Assembly (NCBI GenBank): GCA_902779865.1 | Contig: CACZDG010000012.1 | Coordinates: 5,073 to 69,072 of the forward strand | DNA from: an uncultured bacterium | Lineage (GTDB): Bacteria > Verrucomicrobiota > Kiritimatiellia > RFP12 > UBA1067 | Length of the DNA: 64,000 bases | Direction of reading: 5' to 3' | Part shown: piece after piece, positions 30,279 through 40,142 of the stretch | Layout: every line of letters begins with the position of its first letter | Position numbering within the stretch: position 1 is the stretch's first letter | Notes under the pieces: model-generated | The model's input: the letters and a program-made list of their open reading frames with translations, nothing else | Told to the model about the DNA's origin: nothing | The model's database searches: none | Made by a program: the position numbers and the translations under genes

Positions 30279-30607
30279 GCATTCCCCCATTCTTTTGCCG
30301 CCCCGCATCTCCTGTGCGCGCGCTTTGGCAATGTACGTTTTGCAAGAATGTCCTGCGGCGACAACTGCACTTCAGGTAGCAGCATCTCGAATCCGACAGT
30401 CAGGCCCAATGCACCGCAGACGGCGAAAAAAGCATCAATTCTTACGCCGCCCGCCCCCATTTCAAGCCTCTCAAGCGTGCGCTTGGACACGCCTGCACGC
30501 TGTGCCAACTCTGCCTGCGTCAGGTTCCGGCGGAGCCGAATCTGCGCGAGTCGTCTGCCCGACTCGCGCAACGCCTCATCTTCAGTCATCGCCACATTGT
30601 ATTTCAT
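30275..30607 (-). CDS. XRE-family HTH antitoxin (HipB-like)
   Basis: RLRRNLTQAELAQRAGVSKRTLERLE; translationally coupled to hipA. Confidence 0.9.
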   Translation of the reverse strand: MKYNVAMTEDEALRESGRRLAQIRLRRNLTQAELAQRAGVSKRTLERLEMGAGGVRIDAFFAVCGALGLTVGFEMLLPEVQLSPQDILAKRTLPKRAHRRCGAAKEWGNA

Positions 30608-30620
30608 AATTCTTCCTTTC

Positions 30621-30657
30621 TGGCGAGTTGTCGGCATTTCATCCGCACAATTCGCCA
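30621..30657. promoter_or_regulatory. Imperfect inverted repeat in the hipBA leader (candidate operator)
   Basis: TGGCGAGTTGTCGG...CCGCACAATTCGCCA, downstream of minus-strand TGGTTTAAT at about 30668-30676. Confidence 0.5.
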
Positions 30658-30706
30658 AATCGGGCATATTAAACCATATTCCCCCGCGCAATGCAAGAGG
30701 AATCAT

Positions 30707-31300
30707 CTATTTCGCGCCATCTCCTTGGCGCAATTCCTTGTAGCGGAAACAGAAGCGGGCGTGGTCGTTGACGAGACCCACGGACTGCATAAACGCATAG
30801 ATGGTCACCGAGCCGAGGAACTTGAAGCCGCGCGCCTTGAGCTCGGCGGCGATGCGATCCGAAAGCTCCGTACGCGCGGGGGCGGTCCATTCGTCGGACT
30901 TCGCGTTGTCGGGATTGTGCAGCGTCTTTCCGTCCGTGAACGCCCAGAGCCACTTTGAGAACGTGCCGCACTCGCGGCGAAGCGCGATGAAGCACTGCGC
31001 GTCGTGGATGATGGCCTCGATCTTGCGCCGCGAGCGGATCATGCCCGGCACGGCGAGGATACGCGCGATGTCACGTTCGCCGTAGCGGGCGATCTTCTCG
31101 AAGTCGAACCGCTCGAACGCGACGCGAAACGCCGCGCGCTTCTGGATGATCGTGTCCCAGCTCAGGCCGCACTGCAGCACCTCGTACATCAGGTACTCGA
31201 ACAGCTTGCGGTCGTTCCGGCACGGCGTTCCCCACTCCTTGTCGTGGTACGTGCGCTCCAGGTCGTTCAACTCGAAATATGGACATCGTATCTTTTTCAT
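30707..31300 (-). CDS. tag: DNA-3-methyladenine glycosylase I
   Basis: RCP...YHDKEWG, LQCGLSWDTI, FKFLGSVTIYAFMQSVGLVNDH...C. Confidence 0.93.
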   Translation of the reverse strand: MKKIRCPYFELNDLERTYHDKEWGTPCRNDRKLFEYLMYEVLQCGLSWDTIIQKRAAFRVAFERFDFEKIARYGERDIARILAVPGMIRSRRKIEAIIHDAQCFIALRRECGTFSKWLWAFTDGKTLHNPDNAKSDEWTAPARTELSDRIAAELKARGFKFLGSVTIYAFMQSVGLVNDHARFCFRYKELRQGDGAK

Positions 31301-31357
31301 CTTTGACCTTCGCCGTCCTTTCAACGACTGAAACCTTCTTGATCGCCAAAAGGTCAA

Positions 31358-32413
31358 TCAGACCTTTAACACGGTGATCTTCCCCCCCTTCTTGGCAACT
31401 TGGATAACGCGCTGGCACTGCAACGTGCTGATGATTGGAGAAATATCCGGCATCGGCACGTGATATGCGCTCTTGAGGATCGCCTTAAGGCTGCCAACAT
31501 CGGGCACCTTGCGCCGGCCACTCCGTATGTCAGCTGCCACGGCAAGAACAGTTTCGCGCCGATACGCCTTTCCAGCGGAGACCGTCGCGCTCAATAAACC
31601 GTCTTGCGGCGTCAACGTCTCGAACTCGCCCTTGTCGTACCAGATCGTCCGGCAATTCCCGCACACGTCGATCTCGACATACTTCTTGCCCGACGCCACT
31701 TTCAACAGGCTCATCGACTCCCCGCAGACAGGGCAAACGCATCCGAGCTGTTCATGTCTCTTCGCGGCAGCGATCATATCCCCCATGCTCTCCGCACTCA
31801 CGGTCTTCTTCAGTGCCTCGATTTTTGCTGACATGCCGCCACACACTGTACATCTCAAGCATTTGAAATTCGATTTAGTCCATGCGACATCCAACTTCCC
31901 GCCGCAGCGCGGGCAGTTTGAAGGGACGGTTTTGTTTTTCGTCGATGTCTCCTTCCGAATCTGCGGAAGTTCAATGAACTCAGTGCAGGCGTTGCGGAAA
32001 CTTGCAGGAGTCTTCGCCCCACCCAGGCCGTATGCGGACTTCCCTCCCTCTCGAATCTTGGCGGCAAGCGCAGAAAAGTCACTGTCGTTCGAGACGATGC
32101 AGATTCCCTCGCACGGATTCCTGTACAGGAACTCCATCGCGTCGATTACTAGCGCAATGTCGGCCACGTTCTTCCCCGAGACGTTGCTCACCTGCGGCCT
32201 CGCGACTACTCCGTATTCCCGCTGTGCCTTCGCCCATCCACCATCCGATGCAAAGCAATTGACCATTCCGTATGCCCTGCGGGCGATGGGCATCCCGATT
32301 GCGTACACCTTCTTGAAGATATCGCCGGCAAGCGCGGCACTGATGTTGTCTGCGTCAATCAGCACCGCCAGCCGTTGCTGAGTCTGCTGTGGCCTTGAAA
32401 CTTCTTCTTTCAT
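31358..32413 (-). CDS. NYN (LabA/PIN-like) RNase domain with tandem zinc ribbons and a C-terminal HTH-like region
   Basis: VLIDADN, ADIALVIDAM, SNDSDF; CPRC/CTVC and CPVC/IDVCGNCRTIWYDKGE (zf-TFIIB-like). Confidence 0.85.
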   Translation of the reverse strand: MKEEVSRPQQTQQRLAVLIDADNISAALAGDIFKKVYAIGMPIARRAYGMVNCFASDGGWAKAQREYGVVARPQVSNVSGKNVADIALVIDAMEFLYRNPCEGICIVSNDSDFSALAAKIREGGKSAYGLGGAKTPASFRNACTEFIELPQIRKETSTKNKTVPSNCPRCGGKLDVAWTKSNFKCLRCTVCGGMSAKIEALKKTVSAESMGDMIAAAKRHEQLGCVCPVCGESMSLLKVASGKKYVEIDVCGNCRTIWYDKGEFETLTPQDGLLSATVSAGKAYRRETVLAVAADIRSGRRKVPDVGSLKAILKSAYHVPMPDISPIISTLQCQRVIQVAKKGGKITVLKV

Positions 32414-32525
32414 TTCATCAACCTGTTGGTAGATAGATTCGCGTGTGCAAGTAGTATACCATGTCTTTCATGGTCAGAAATGCAAAAACTGCCGAATTCT
32501 TCATTTGCCGAAAACAACAAAACCT

Positions 32526-35351
32526 TCAGGTTGTCTGATTCGGCGTTGGAGAGCTGCACATCTCAATCTCGCCAAGAACCGCATCGAGTCGTTCGCAGAC
32601 ATCTTCTGCCAGGAAACGAAGTACGCGATACCCGTTTCGTTGCAGAAGCGCATCTTCACGCCTGGCAAGGCGGTAAAACGAAATGTCAGAGATGGATTCC
32701 GGCGTGTCCAACTTGATCGCCAGTTTTATCCTTTCTGAACAAATATCCACTTCAAGATATGGATTTGTGCCACATGGTATCGGCAATCGGCTATTTTGCT
32801 CGAACATTTCTTTGTTGCCGTCAAGCGAGTCAAGCCGGGCAAAGAGGAATCGCCGGGCAGATTCTTTGGGGCTTACCTTGACGGCCCCTTCAGCATTGCC
32901 TCCTTGGATTGCCAATGTTGCCCGAAGAAACAAATCGGCGAGCGCAACATCCACGCCGTCTCGGCACAGACGCCTCACACTGTCGGAAAACCGTTCCTTC
33001 CATTTGGGTTCAATTGGCAGCCGCACTTCCGCTGGCCACCCCTCCGCCACTCCCAGCGGCACCATCATCGTATAGCCAATCGCCTGATAACCGTTCCGCC
33101 GTTTTTCAAACATCTTCTGGCAAACGGCAACATTGGAATCAAGATAGTCATAGATGCGTACCTCACGTTTCCCGTCATGAAGGCGGTGAAGCCGTCCGGC
33201 ATACTGCGTAATTCGCCCTTTCCATGATATGGGCGTTGCAAGGAAAAGCGTGTCAAGTCGTGAATCATCGAAACCTTCACCAAGATATGAACCCGTTGCA
33301 ATAATGACACGTTCCTCGCTATCACCTATCGCAGCAAGTCCTTCCTTGCGTTCCCGCGTTGCCCTCAACCCCATGCCGCCGGTAAGCGAAACTACATTTT
33401 TCACGCGTCTTTCCAGAAGTGCCTCGAATACGGCGACATGTTCCCGGCGTTCGCTGAGGACAACAGGCGAACGCCCCTCTTTTACCGCAGCGACAACATC
33501 ATCAGCAATAAGGCGGTTACGAGGGGCGTCTGCGATCATCTCTTTCAGCATCCCATCGTAGTCAAAATGTCCGTCATTTTCAGGGAGTTCGATCTTCATG
33601 CGAAAACTTGTCTGTCTGACATGAACGACATGCGCAAAGGGCTCACGACGGCTGAGTTGTTTGGCATCAACCCGGTGCCGAATCGGCCCAAGTTGCATCA
33701 TGATGAGTGGATCGTGTCCGTCCTTGCGCATCACGGTCGCAGACAGCCCCAAAACATATCGGCACGGGGCGGCATCTACTATGGCCTCAAACGATTCCGC
33801 CGCCACGGAATGGCATTCATCAACGATAATCTGCCCATACTCTTTCACACGCGGATCGACAACGCCCTTGCGGCAAAGGCTCTGCATCAACGCGACGTCT
33901 ATCCTCCCCGTCCACCGACCGGAACCGCCGCCAATCTTGCCAATGTCTTTTTCGGGGATGTTGAAAAATGACGCGATTCTTGCAATCCACTGTGCCTGAA
34001 GTTGGCGACGATTTACGAGGATGAGCGTGTTGGTCTTTCGCTGCGCAATTATAGCGAGCGCGACAACTGTCTTGCCAAACGCCGTACCAGCGGCAAGTAT
34101 GCCCGTATCATGCTTCGCGATGTCTGCAGCTGCTGCTTTTTGCTCTGGTCTCAGCTCACCGTAGAACTCAACTTGCAACGGGACCCCACCATAGCGCTTG
34201 TCGTCAATGTGCGCCTTCAATCCGCCGTCTTTCAGTATCTGGACCGCTGAATCAAGACATCCCCTCGGCATTTCAAGATATTTGCCGCCATTCAGTGCGC
34301 GGGATATGATGCGGGGCTTGCCATACACGGAAAACCGCATGCGCTCTGCTTCGTAGAATTCGGGATTGGTAAACGACGCACTCCTAATTAAACGGCTCCG
34401 CAACTCGTCTGACAAACCTTCCTGTGAAACATAAACACGGTTTGCAAGCACCACCTCAATTGGTTTCTCGGAAATCCGAGTTGGACAATCTCCAGGTGTC
34501 AAAGTGGACCACAATGGAAGAAAGAACGTCCATGGCTTTTCTTCGTCACGCGCCGCATTCCCTATTTCAACCAATGAACGGTTTTCGGTCTTAGCGCGCG
34601 CTACTAGCGTTGCAATTTCCGTCTTCGCCAGTCGGCGCACCGATGAAAGGAATGCCCATTGATCGTCATACGGCACCCAGTCATCATTGACGAAACAGCT
34701 GTTCCCGAGTTTACGCGCCTCAAACTGAAGGGGGAGTGCGATAAGGTTGCCAAAACCGCCTTGGGGGAGCGTCGCCTGATTTGGTATTATGCGGTCGTAT
34801 GAGTCAAGGCTGATTTCCGGATGTGCCTCCAACGTCAGAGTAATGATGTAGAACAATGCTGCGCGCACCATCCGCGCGCTGATGCGTTCCTCGAAAAAGA
34901 ACCAGATGTGCGCGCCTTTCCCAGACCTTGATCGCTCCAATGCAATCGGCAGAGCCAGCTCACGGATTTTCCGCACTACGCACAAGGCGTCTCTGCGCCA
35001 AGATGACTCGTCAAAGTCAATAACAGCAAAAGAGACCGTTTCGTCTTTTGCCATCGGATATGCGCCCATCTCAAATGGTTTCTGTCCACCATCCCTTCCT
35101 CGCAGATGCCATCGGATTACCTCATCCGATACCGGCTTTAACTTTCGATTAGAGCAGTTAGAACATTTCACGCCGTGCATCAAGCCACACAGCCCACGCA
35201 CCCACTGGTTTTCGCAATAGGGAGAATAACCCTTCTTGCCCGTCTTGGCGTTATCATAACGTTTCGCAAAAACATCATCCCGCCCGCTGAACAACGAACG
35301 GAAGAAGGTCACCTTCTCAGCGTTGGAAGAAATCTTGTCTATAATAGCCAT
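32526..35351 (-). CDS. TOTE-type archaeo-eukaryotic primase domain + SF2 (DEAD/DEAH, ResIII-like) helicase + DUF559-like domain
   Basis: FRSLFSGRDDVFAKR, VIDFD, ERSRSGKGAHIWFF, GNLIALPLQ; AGTAFGKT, IVDECH, GLSAT, QYAGRLHR; LLQRNGYRVLRF. Confidence 0.88.
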   Translation of the reverse strand: MAIIDKISSNAEKVTFFRSLFSGRDDVFAKRYDNAKTGKKGYSPYCENQWVRGLCGLMHGVKCSNCSNRKLKPVSDEVIRWHLRGRDGGQKPFEMGAYPMAKDETVSFAVIDFDESSWRRDALCVVRKIRELALPIALERSRSGKGAHIWFFFEERISARMVRAALFYIITLTLEAHPEISLDSYDRIIPNQATLPQGGFGNLIALPLQFEARKLGNSCFVNDDWVPYDDQWAFLSSVRRLAKTEIATLVARAKTENRSLVEIGNAARDEEKPWTFFLPLWSTLTPGDCPTRISEKPIEVVLANRVYVSQEGLSDELRSRLIRSASFTNPEFYEAERMRFSVYGKPRIISRALNGGKYLEMPRGCLDSAVQILKDGGLKAHIDDKRYGGVPLQVEFYGELRPEQKAAAADIAKHDTGILAAGTAFGKTVVALAIIAQRKTNTLILVNRRQLQAQWIARIASFFNIPEKDIGKIGGGSGRWTGRIDVALMQSLCRKGVVDPRVKEYGQIIVDECHSVAAESFEAIVDAAPCRYVLGLSATVMRKDGHDPLIMMQLGPIRHRVDAKQLSRREPFAHVVHVRQTSFRMKIELPENDGHFDYDGMLKEMIADAPRNRLIADDVVAAVKEGRSPVVLSERREHVAVFEALLERRVKNVVSLTGGMGLRATRERKEGLAAIGDSEERVIIATGSYLGEGFDDSRLDTLFLATPISWKGRITQYAGRLHRLHDGKREVRIYDYLDSNVAVCQKMFEKRRNGYQAIGYTMMVPLGVAEGWPAEVRLPIEPKWKERFSDSVRRLCRDGVDVALADLFLRATLAIQGGNAEGAVKVSPKESARRFLFARLDSLDGNKEMFEQNSRLPIPCGTNPYLEVDICSERIKLAIKLDTPESISDISFYRLARREDALLQRNGYRVLRFLAEDVCERLDAVLGEIEMCSSPTPNQTT

Positions 35352-35412
35352 GCCGCGGAACGAAAGATTAGTTTAGCATTTCTCATCATTCTTGTGCGGG
35401 CAATCGCGTTCG

Positions 35413-37784
35413 TCAGATGTAGCGGCCCGTTACGCTTTGGGGGCAGGATTTGATTTCGGAGGGGGTGCCGGTGGCGACGATTCGGCCGCCGGCCTTGCCG
35501 CCGCCGGGGCCCATGTCCACGATCCAGTCTGCCGAGCGGATGACGTCGAGGTCGTGCTCGATCACGATCACGGTTGCGCCGTTGCCGATCAGATGACGGA
35601 ACACCTCCATCAACGTGCGCACATCGAGGGGATGAAGACCGATCGTCGGCTCGTCGAAGACGAACACCGAATCGCCCTGTCCGCGTCCCATCTCGCTGGC
35701 GAGCTTGAGCCGCTGCGCCTCGCCGCCGGAAAGACCCGGCGTCTCCTCTCCGAGCGTGAGGTACCCGAGGCCGATGTCGTGCAGGATCTGAAGACGGCTT
35801 TTGACGAGCGGAAGGTCCGCGCAGGCGTCCAGCGCCTCGTCCACGCTCATCGCCATCAGCTCGGGAAGGGACACGCCCTTCCGCCTGACGGCAAACGCCA
35901 CCTTCGCGTACCGCGCGCCGCGGCAGTCGGGACAGGGAATGTCCACGTCCGGCAGGAACTGGACGTCCAGGTTGATTTCGCCCGTGCCGTCGCAGGTCGG
36001 ACAGCGCAGCGCGCCCGTGTTGTACGAGAAGTCGCCCGCCTTGTAGCGATGCCGGGCGCGCAGAGCGCGCGGACATGCGCGGGGAGTGCGCGTCCCCCAA
36101 TCTGTGCGGCAAGCCCCGGAACGAGACTTTCGAGGATCAGCGTCGTCTTTCCGCTGCCGGAAACGCCCGTCACGACCGAAAGTTTGCCCTTGGGGAATAC
36201 AACCTCCAACGGCTGCACGGTATGGATCGCCGAAGTAGAGAGCCGTATCTCACTCGAAGATGCTGATACGCGAAGCTTGTCCCTTGCGTCCTTTTTGTCC
36301 CTTATGTCCTTTGCGTTCTTTGTGTTCTTTGTGGCCAAAAACGGTCCGATCTGTGACTTGGGGTTCTTCGCGATCTCGGCCACCGTTCCTTCTGCTATGA
36401 GTTGTCCGCCATTCGCACCGGCGCCAGGCCCCAGCTCCACGATCCAGTCGGCATGCGAGAGGACCTGCGTGTCGTGGTCCACGAGCAGGACCGTGTTACC
36501 GTCGGCGACCAGGTCGTCCATCACGCCCGTCAGCCCTTCCAGATTCGACGGGTGGAGCCCGATGGACGGTTCGTCGAGGACGTACAGCACGCCCGTCGTC
36601 CTGTTTCTGACCGCCCGGGCAAGCTGCATGCGCTGGCGCTCGCCGGTGGAGAGCGTCGATGCGGCGCGGTCGAGCGAGAGGTAGGAAAGTCCAAGTTCCA
36701 CAAGCCGGCGCGACGTATCGTGGAACGCTTCGCAGATGCGTTCCGCCATCGGACGCATCGGCTTCGGCAGGGACGCGGGAACGCCGCGCACCCACTCCTC
36801 CGCCTCGGCGAGCGTCATTTCGCACGCCTTGTCGAGTGGGATGCCGCGCAAAAGCGGGGCGCGGGCGCGGTCAGAAAGGCGCGTGCCGCCGCAGTCGGGA
36901 CAGGGGCCTTCCTTCAAAAACTTCGCGACGCGCTTCATGCCTTTCTCGTCCTTCACGTTCTTGAGCGCGTTTTCGACGGTGTTGATGGCGTTGAAGAAGG
37001 TGAAGTCCATCTCGCCGGAACGTCCGTCCTTCTTGATCTGATAGACCATGTGGTGCTTTTCCGGCGGCGCGTGCAGGACGATGTCGCGCTCGCGGTCGGT
37101 GAGGTCGTGCCACGGCACATCCGTCCGCACACCAAGATGGTCGCGTGCAATGTCCTTCATGAGCGACCACATGAGCGACTGCCACGGCGCGACGGCACCC
37201 TCGTCAATCGTGAGCGAATCGTCCGGCACGATCGTCGCCAGATCGACTTCGCGCACCACGCCGGTGCCATCACAGCGCTTGCACGCGCCTTGCGAATTGA
37301 AGGCAAGCTCCTCCGCACCGGGTGCGAAGAAACGCGCGCCGCATTCGGGGCAGACCAGCTCGCGCTCCGCCGCCACATCCAACGACGGCGCGAGGTAGTG
37401 TCCGTTCGGACAACGATGCGACGCGAGGCGCGAGTACATGAGCCGGAGCGAGTTGAGCAGTTCCGTCGAGGTACCGAACGTGGAGCGGATGCCGGGGACG
37501 CCTGGACGCTGCCGAAGCGCCAGCGCTGCCGGGACATAGCGCACGTCGTCCACCTCCGCGCGCTCCGCCTGCGTCATCCGCCGGCGGGTGTAGGTGGAGA
37601 GCGATTCGAGATAGCGCCGCGATCCCTCCGCGTACACGATGCCCAGCGCGAGGGAGGACTTACCGCTTCCCGAGACGCCGGCCACGCCGACAATCTTCCC
37701 CAACGGAATATCGACGTCTATGTTCCTGAGGTTGTTTTTCCTCGCCCCGCGCACCTCAATCGCGGCCGGTCTTGTATTGGACAT
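35413..37784 (-). pseudogene. UvrA-like (class II/DrrC-type) ABC ATPase, frameshifted by an internal deletion
   Basis: GVSGSGKSS, LSTGERQR, DEPSIGLHP, second GVSGSGKTT; after APGI the family sequence resumes in another frame at 36045 (YKAGDFSYNTGALRCPTCDG...LSGGEAQR). Confidence 0.82.
36279..36332. repeat. Six degenerate 9-bp tandem units in frame within the uvrA-like gene
   Basis: Minus strand ACAAAGAAC ACAAAGAAC GCAAAGGAC ATAAGGGAC AAAAAGGAC GCAAGGGAC, encoding TKNTKNAKDIRDKKDARD. Confidence 0.75.
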
Positions 37785-37832
37785 TGTTACCTCCATCGTT
37801 GCTTGGATGAATTAGTCAATTCCTTGCATACG

Positions 37833-38669
37833 CTATATGTTCCCTGTAAGGACACGCTTCAGCCTCTTGCCGGCGGCCTCCGCAAGGTGGCGGACAACTG
37901 CGACGGGTGTGGGCTGCGCATTAGACATCTGGAAGCGAGGGAAGAACCTTGTGACGTGTAGGGGAATTTCGGGCGAAACGGATGCCACAAACGCCGCAAT
38001 AGCGTCGATGTCGCTTTCAGTGTCGTTTCGCCCTGGCACGACGAGCGTCGTCACCTCCACATGGCACCCGGCGGCATGAAGCATCCTAATCGTGCGACAC
38101 ACCGCCGCGAAGTCGCCGCCGACCCAATCGTAGTATTCCTGCGACGGCCCCTTGAGGTCAATGTTCGCGGCGTCGATGAGCGGAGCAAGTTCCTCTACGA
38201 CAGCAGCCTCGGCACATCCGTTCGAGACGAGCACGTTGAACATTCCGCGCGTATGGACCTCACGTGCGCAGTCGCGTACGAACTCCCACCCCACAAGCGG
38301 TTCGTTGTAGGTATAGGCAAGTCCAAGATTGCCGCGTTCGCGCCTGACTTTGAGTGCAAGGTCGGCAAGTTCAACCGGCGTAGCACTTTGGCAGGACACG
38401 CCGTTCTCCCCACGCTGCGAGATAGAATCGTTTTGGCAGAACGGACACCTGAGGTTACACCCGAAACTGCCCACGGAAAGCACGTTCTCGCCAGAATGGA
38501 AAAACGCAATCGGCTTCTTTTCGATAGGGTCAAGCGCAAGCGACGTGATCTTACCGTAGTTCGCAGCGACCACGCGCCCGTCCGTCGCCTTCCGCGCACG
38601 GCAAAACCCGAACACTCCCTCGGCAATCCGGCAGTGCCGTGGACACGTGCCGCAAACAGCACTACTCAT
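37833..38669 (-). CDS. AmmeMemoRadiSam system radical SAM enzyme
   Basis: CGTCPRHC, ALDPIEKKP, CNLRCPFCQN, YTYNEP, NIDLKG, HVTRFFP; start at ATG 38669. Confidence 0.92.
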   Translation of the reverse strand: MSSAVCGTCPRHCRIAEGVFGFCRARKATDGRVVAANYGKITSLALDPIEKKPIAFFHSGENVLSVGSFGCNLRCPFCQNDSISQRGENGVSCQSATPVELADLALKVRRERGNLGLAYTYNEPLVGWEFVRDCAREVHTRGMFNVLVSNGCAEAAVVEELAPLIDAANIDLKGPSQEYYDWVGGDFAAVCRTIRMLHAAGCHVEVTTLVVPGRNDTESDIDAIAAFVASVSPEIPLHVTRFFPRFQMSNAQPTPVAVVRHLAEAAGKRLKRVLTGNI

Positions 38670-40098
38670 GGAATACCTCGGCTTGGAAGGTCTCGAACTT
38701 CGTTCCGTTGCGCCAGGCGTCAGCCGGTAGGCCAGCCTTTCTCGAAAGATACGAAAGCGTGGTCTCGAGGTCCCATCCCTGTTCCGGTGCAACTTGCGGA
38801 AGGAATACGGCAAACGCGCCATCCTTCTCAAGCGTCATACCGTCGCGTCCCAGCACGATGTCACGCCACGACGACACTGGCTTCGGCGGCGTGAGGGCCG
38901 ATATCTCCACTCGAATTCCACTCAATTCGCGTTCCGTGACGGGCATGAAACGCGGGTCGTGGAGCGCAGAATCAACCGCCCGCTTGACGACGGCCTCAAC
39001 CAGCGGACGCATCGGCATTATTTCGCCGATGCAGCCGCGCAACGCGCCGGTCGCCCTGTCGTTCAATGTTACAAATGCGCCCATCTTCGCGTCAATTGGA
39101 GAATGGGGAACTGGGGATGGGGAACGGGAATAGGGAACGCCTTTAACCGCACTTTCCATTGAACCACGGGCGATGCGGAGAAGGTACGCCCGCGCTTCGG
39201 CATCAAGAACCTGCCTTCCCTCGCCGGGCCATTCAACGCGTCCAGCTGCGGCCGTGTAGTACACGAAGCGCGAGAAGTCTCTTTCGGCGTCGGACGACGT
39301 CGCATAAGCCAGACGAGCGAACGGCGGTTTCCCGGGAAACGCGCGCAAGGCGAGTTCGATCGGGACGTGTCCGCAGATTGTCGCCCCGGTCTTGCTGATG
39401 TACGCGGCGAATCCATCAGCGTCGCATTTCGACATTAACGAAAATGCCTCGTCATCAACGGATGCCACTTTCGCGCGCACGTCCTCGCCTCCGGAAGTGC
39501 CGTACGGCGCGTAGGAGAAATCCGTGCCATAGTGGGTGAAATCGGAGGAGATCACGAGTAGCGTCTTGTCGTCCATCAGCCGCGCAAGCGCCCGTGCACA
39601 CATCGCCATCTGGTCGCGTCCGAAGGAACCCATCACCAGCGGAACAATCGTGAAGCCAGTCCCCAGCGCGAGCTGGAGGAGCGGATACTCGATTTGCGCG
39701 GAATGTTCCGCTGCGTGTATGCGGTTGTTGCGGGCGACGGGGGCCATGAGCGCAAGGCGGTCGAGCCACTCCTTGTCGATGACAATCTTCCCTAGAGGTG
39801 TCGATACGGACTCAGCCTCCGGCGCGACGAGTCGGTTCTCGATCCATGCACGGTGGCTTGGAGCAAGGACGACGACGCGGTTGTATTTCATGCCGCGTAC
39901 GAGTCGTGCGGCTCGCCAGGCAATCTCGCCGGAGTACGCCCATCCCGCGTGTGGCATGAGAAGGGCGTTCGGTTTGTCGGGAAGGGCGGGCATCGATTTC
40001 TCGCCACCGACTCTCTTCTCCCACTTCTCGGCAATTGCGCGAATCTCGCGTTCCGTTCCCGGATACCATGATCCGGCTATGGTGCTTTCAATCGTCAT
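38662..40098 (-). CDS. AmmeMemoRadiSam proteins B (MEMO) and A (AMMECR1) fused
   Basis: PHAGWAYSG, APSH, EHS, SSDFTHYG, TICG; then GAFVTL...LRGCIG, DPRF, FLPQVA. Confidence 0.92.
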   Translation of the reverse strand: MTIESTIAGSWYPGTEREIRAIAEKWEKRVGGEKSMPALPDKPNALLMPHAGWAYSGEIAWRAARLVRGMKYNRVVVLAPSHRAWIENRLVAPEAESVSTPLGKIVIDKEWLDRLALMAPVARNNRIHAAEHSAQIEYPLLQLALGTGFTIVPLVMGSFGRDQMAMCARALARLMDDKTLLVISSDFTHYGTDFSYAPYGTSGGEDVRAKVASVDDEAFSLMSKCDADGFAAYISKTGATICGHVPIELALRAFPGKPPFARLAYATSSDAERDFSRFVYYTAAAGRVEWPGEGRQVLDAEARAYLLRIARGSMESAVKGVPYSRSPSPVPHSPIDAKMGAFVTLNDRATGALRGCIGEIMPMRPLVEAVVKRAVDSALHDPRFMPVTERELSGIRVEISALTPPKPVSSWRDIVLGRDGMTLEKDGAFAVFLPQVAPEQGWDLETTLSYLSRKAGLPADAWRNGTKFETFQAEVFHE

Positions 40099-40142
40099 TT
40101 TCAGCTTCTTTTTGTTTCACAGGGACACATGGTTTGATGGCG

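Noticed and set aside
28964-35412. Integrative element with att sites around the defence cluster
   Set aside because: No integrase, and no direct repeats found at the putative borders
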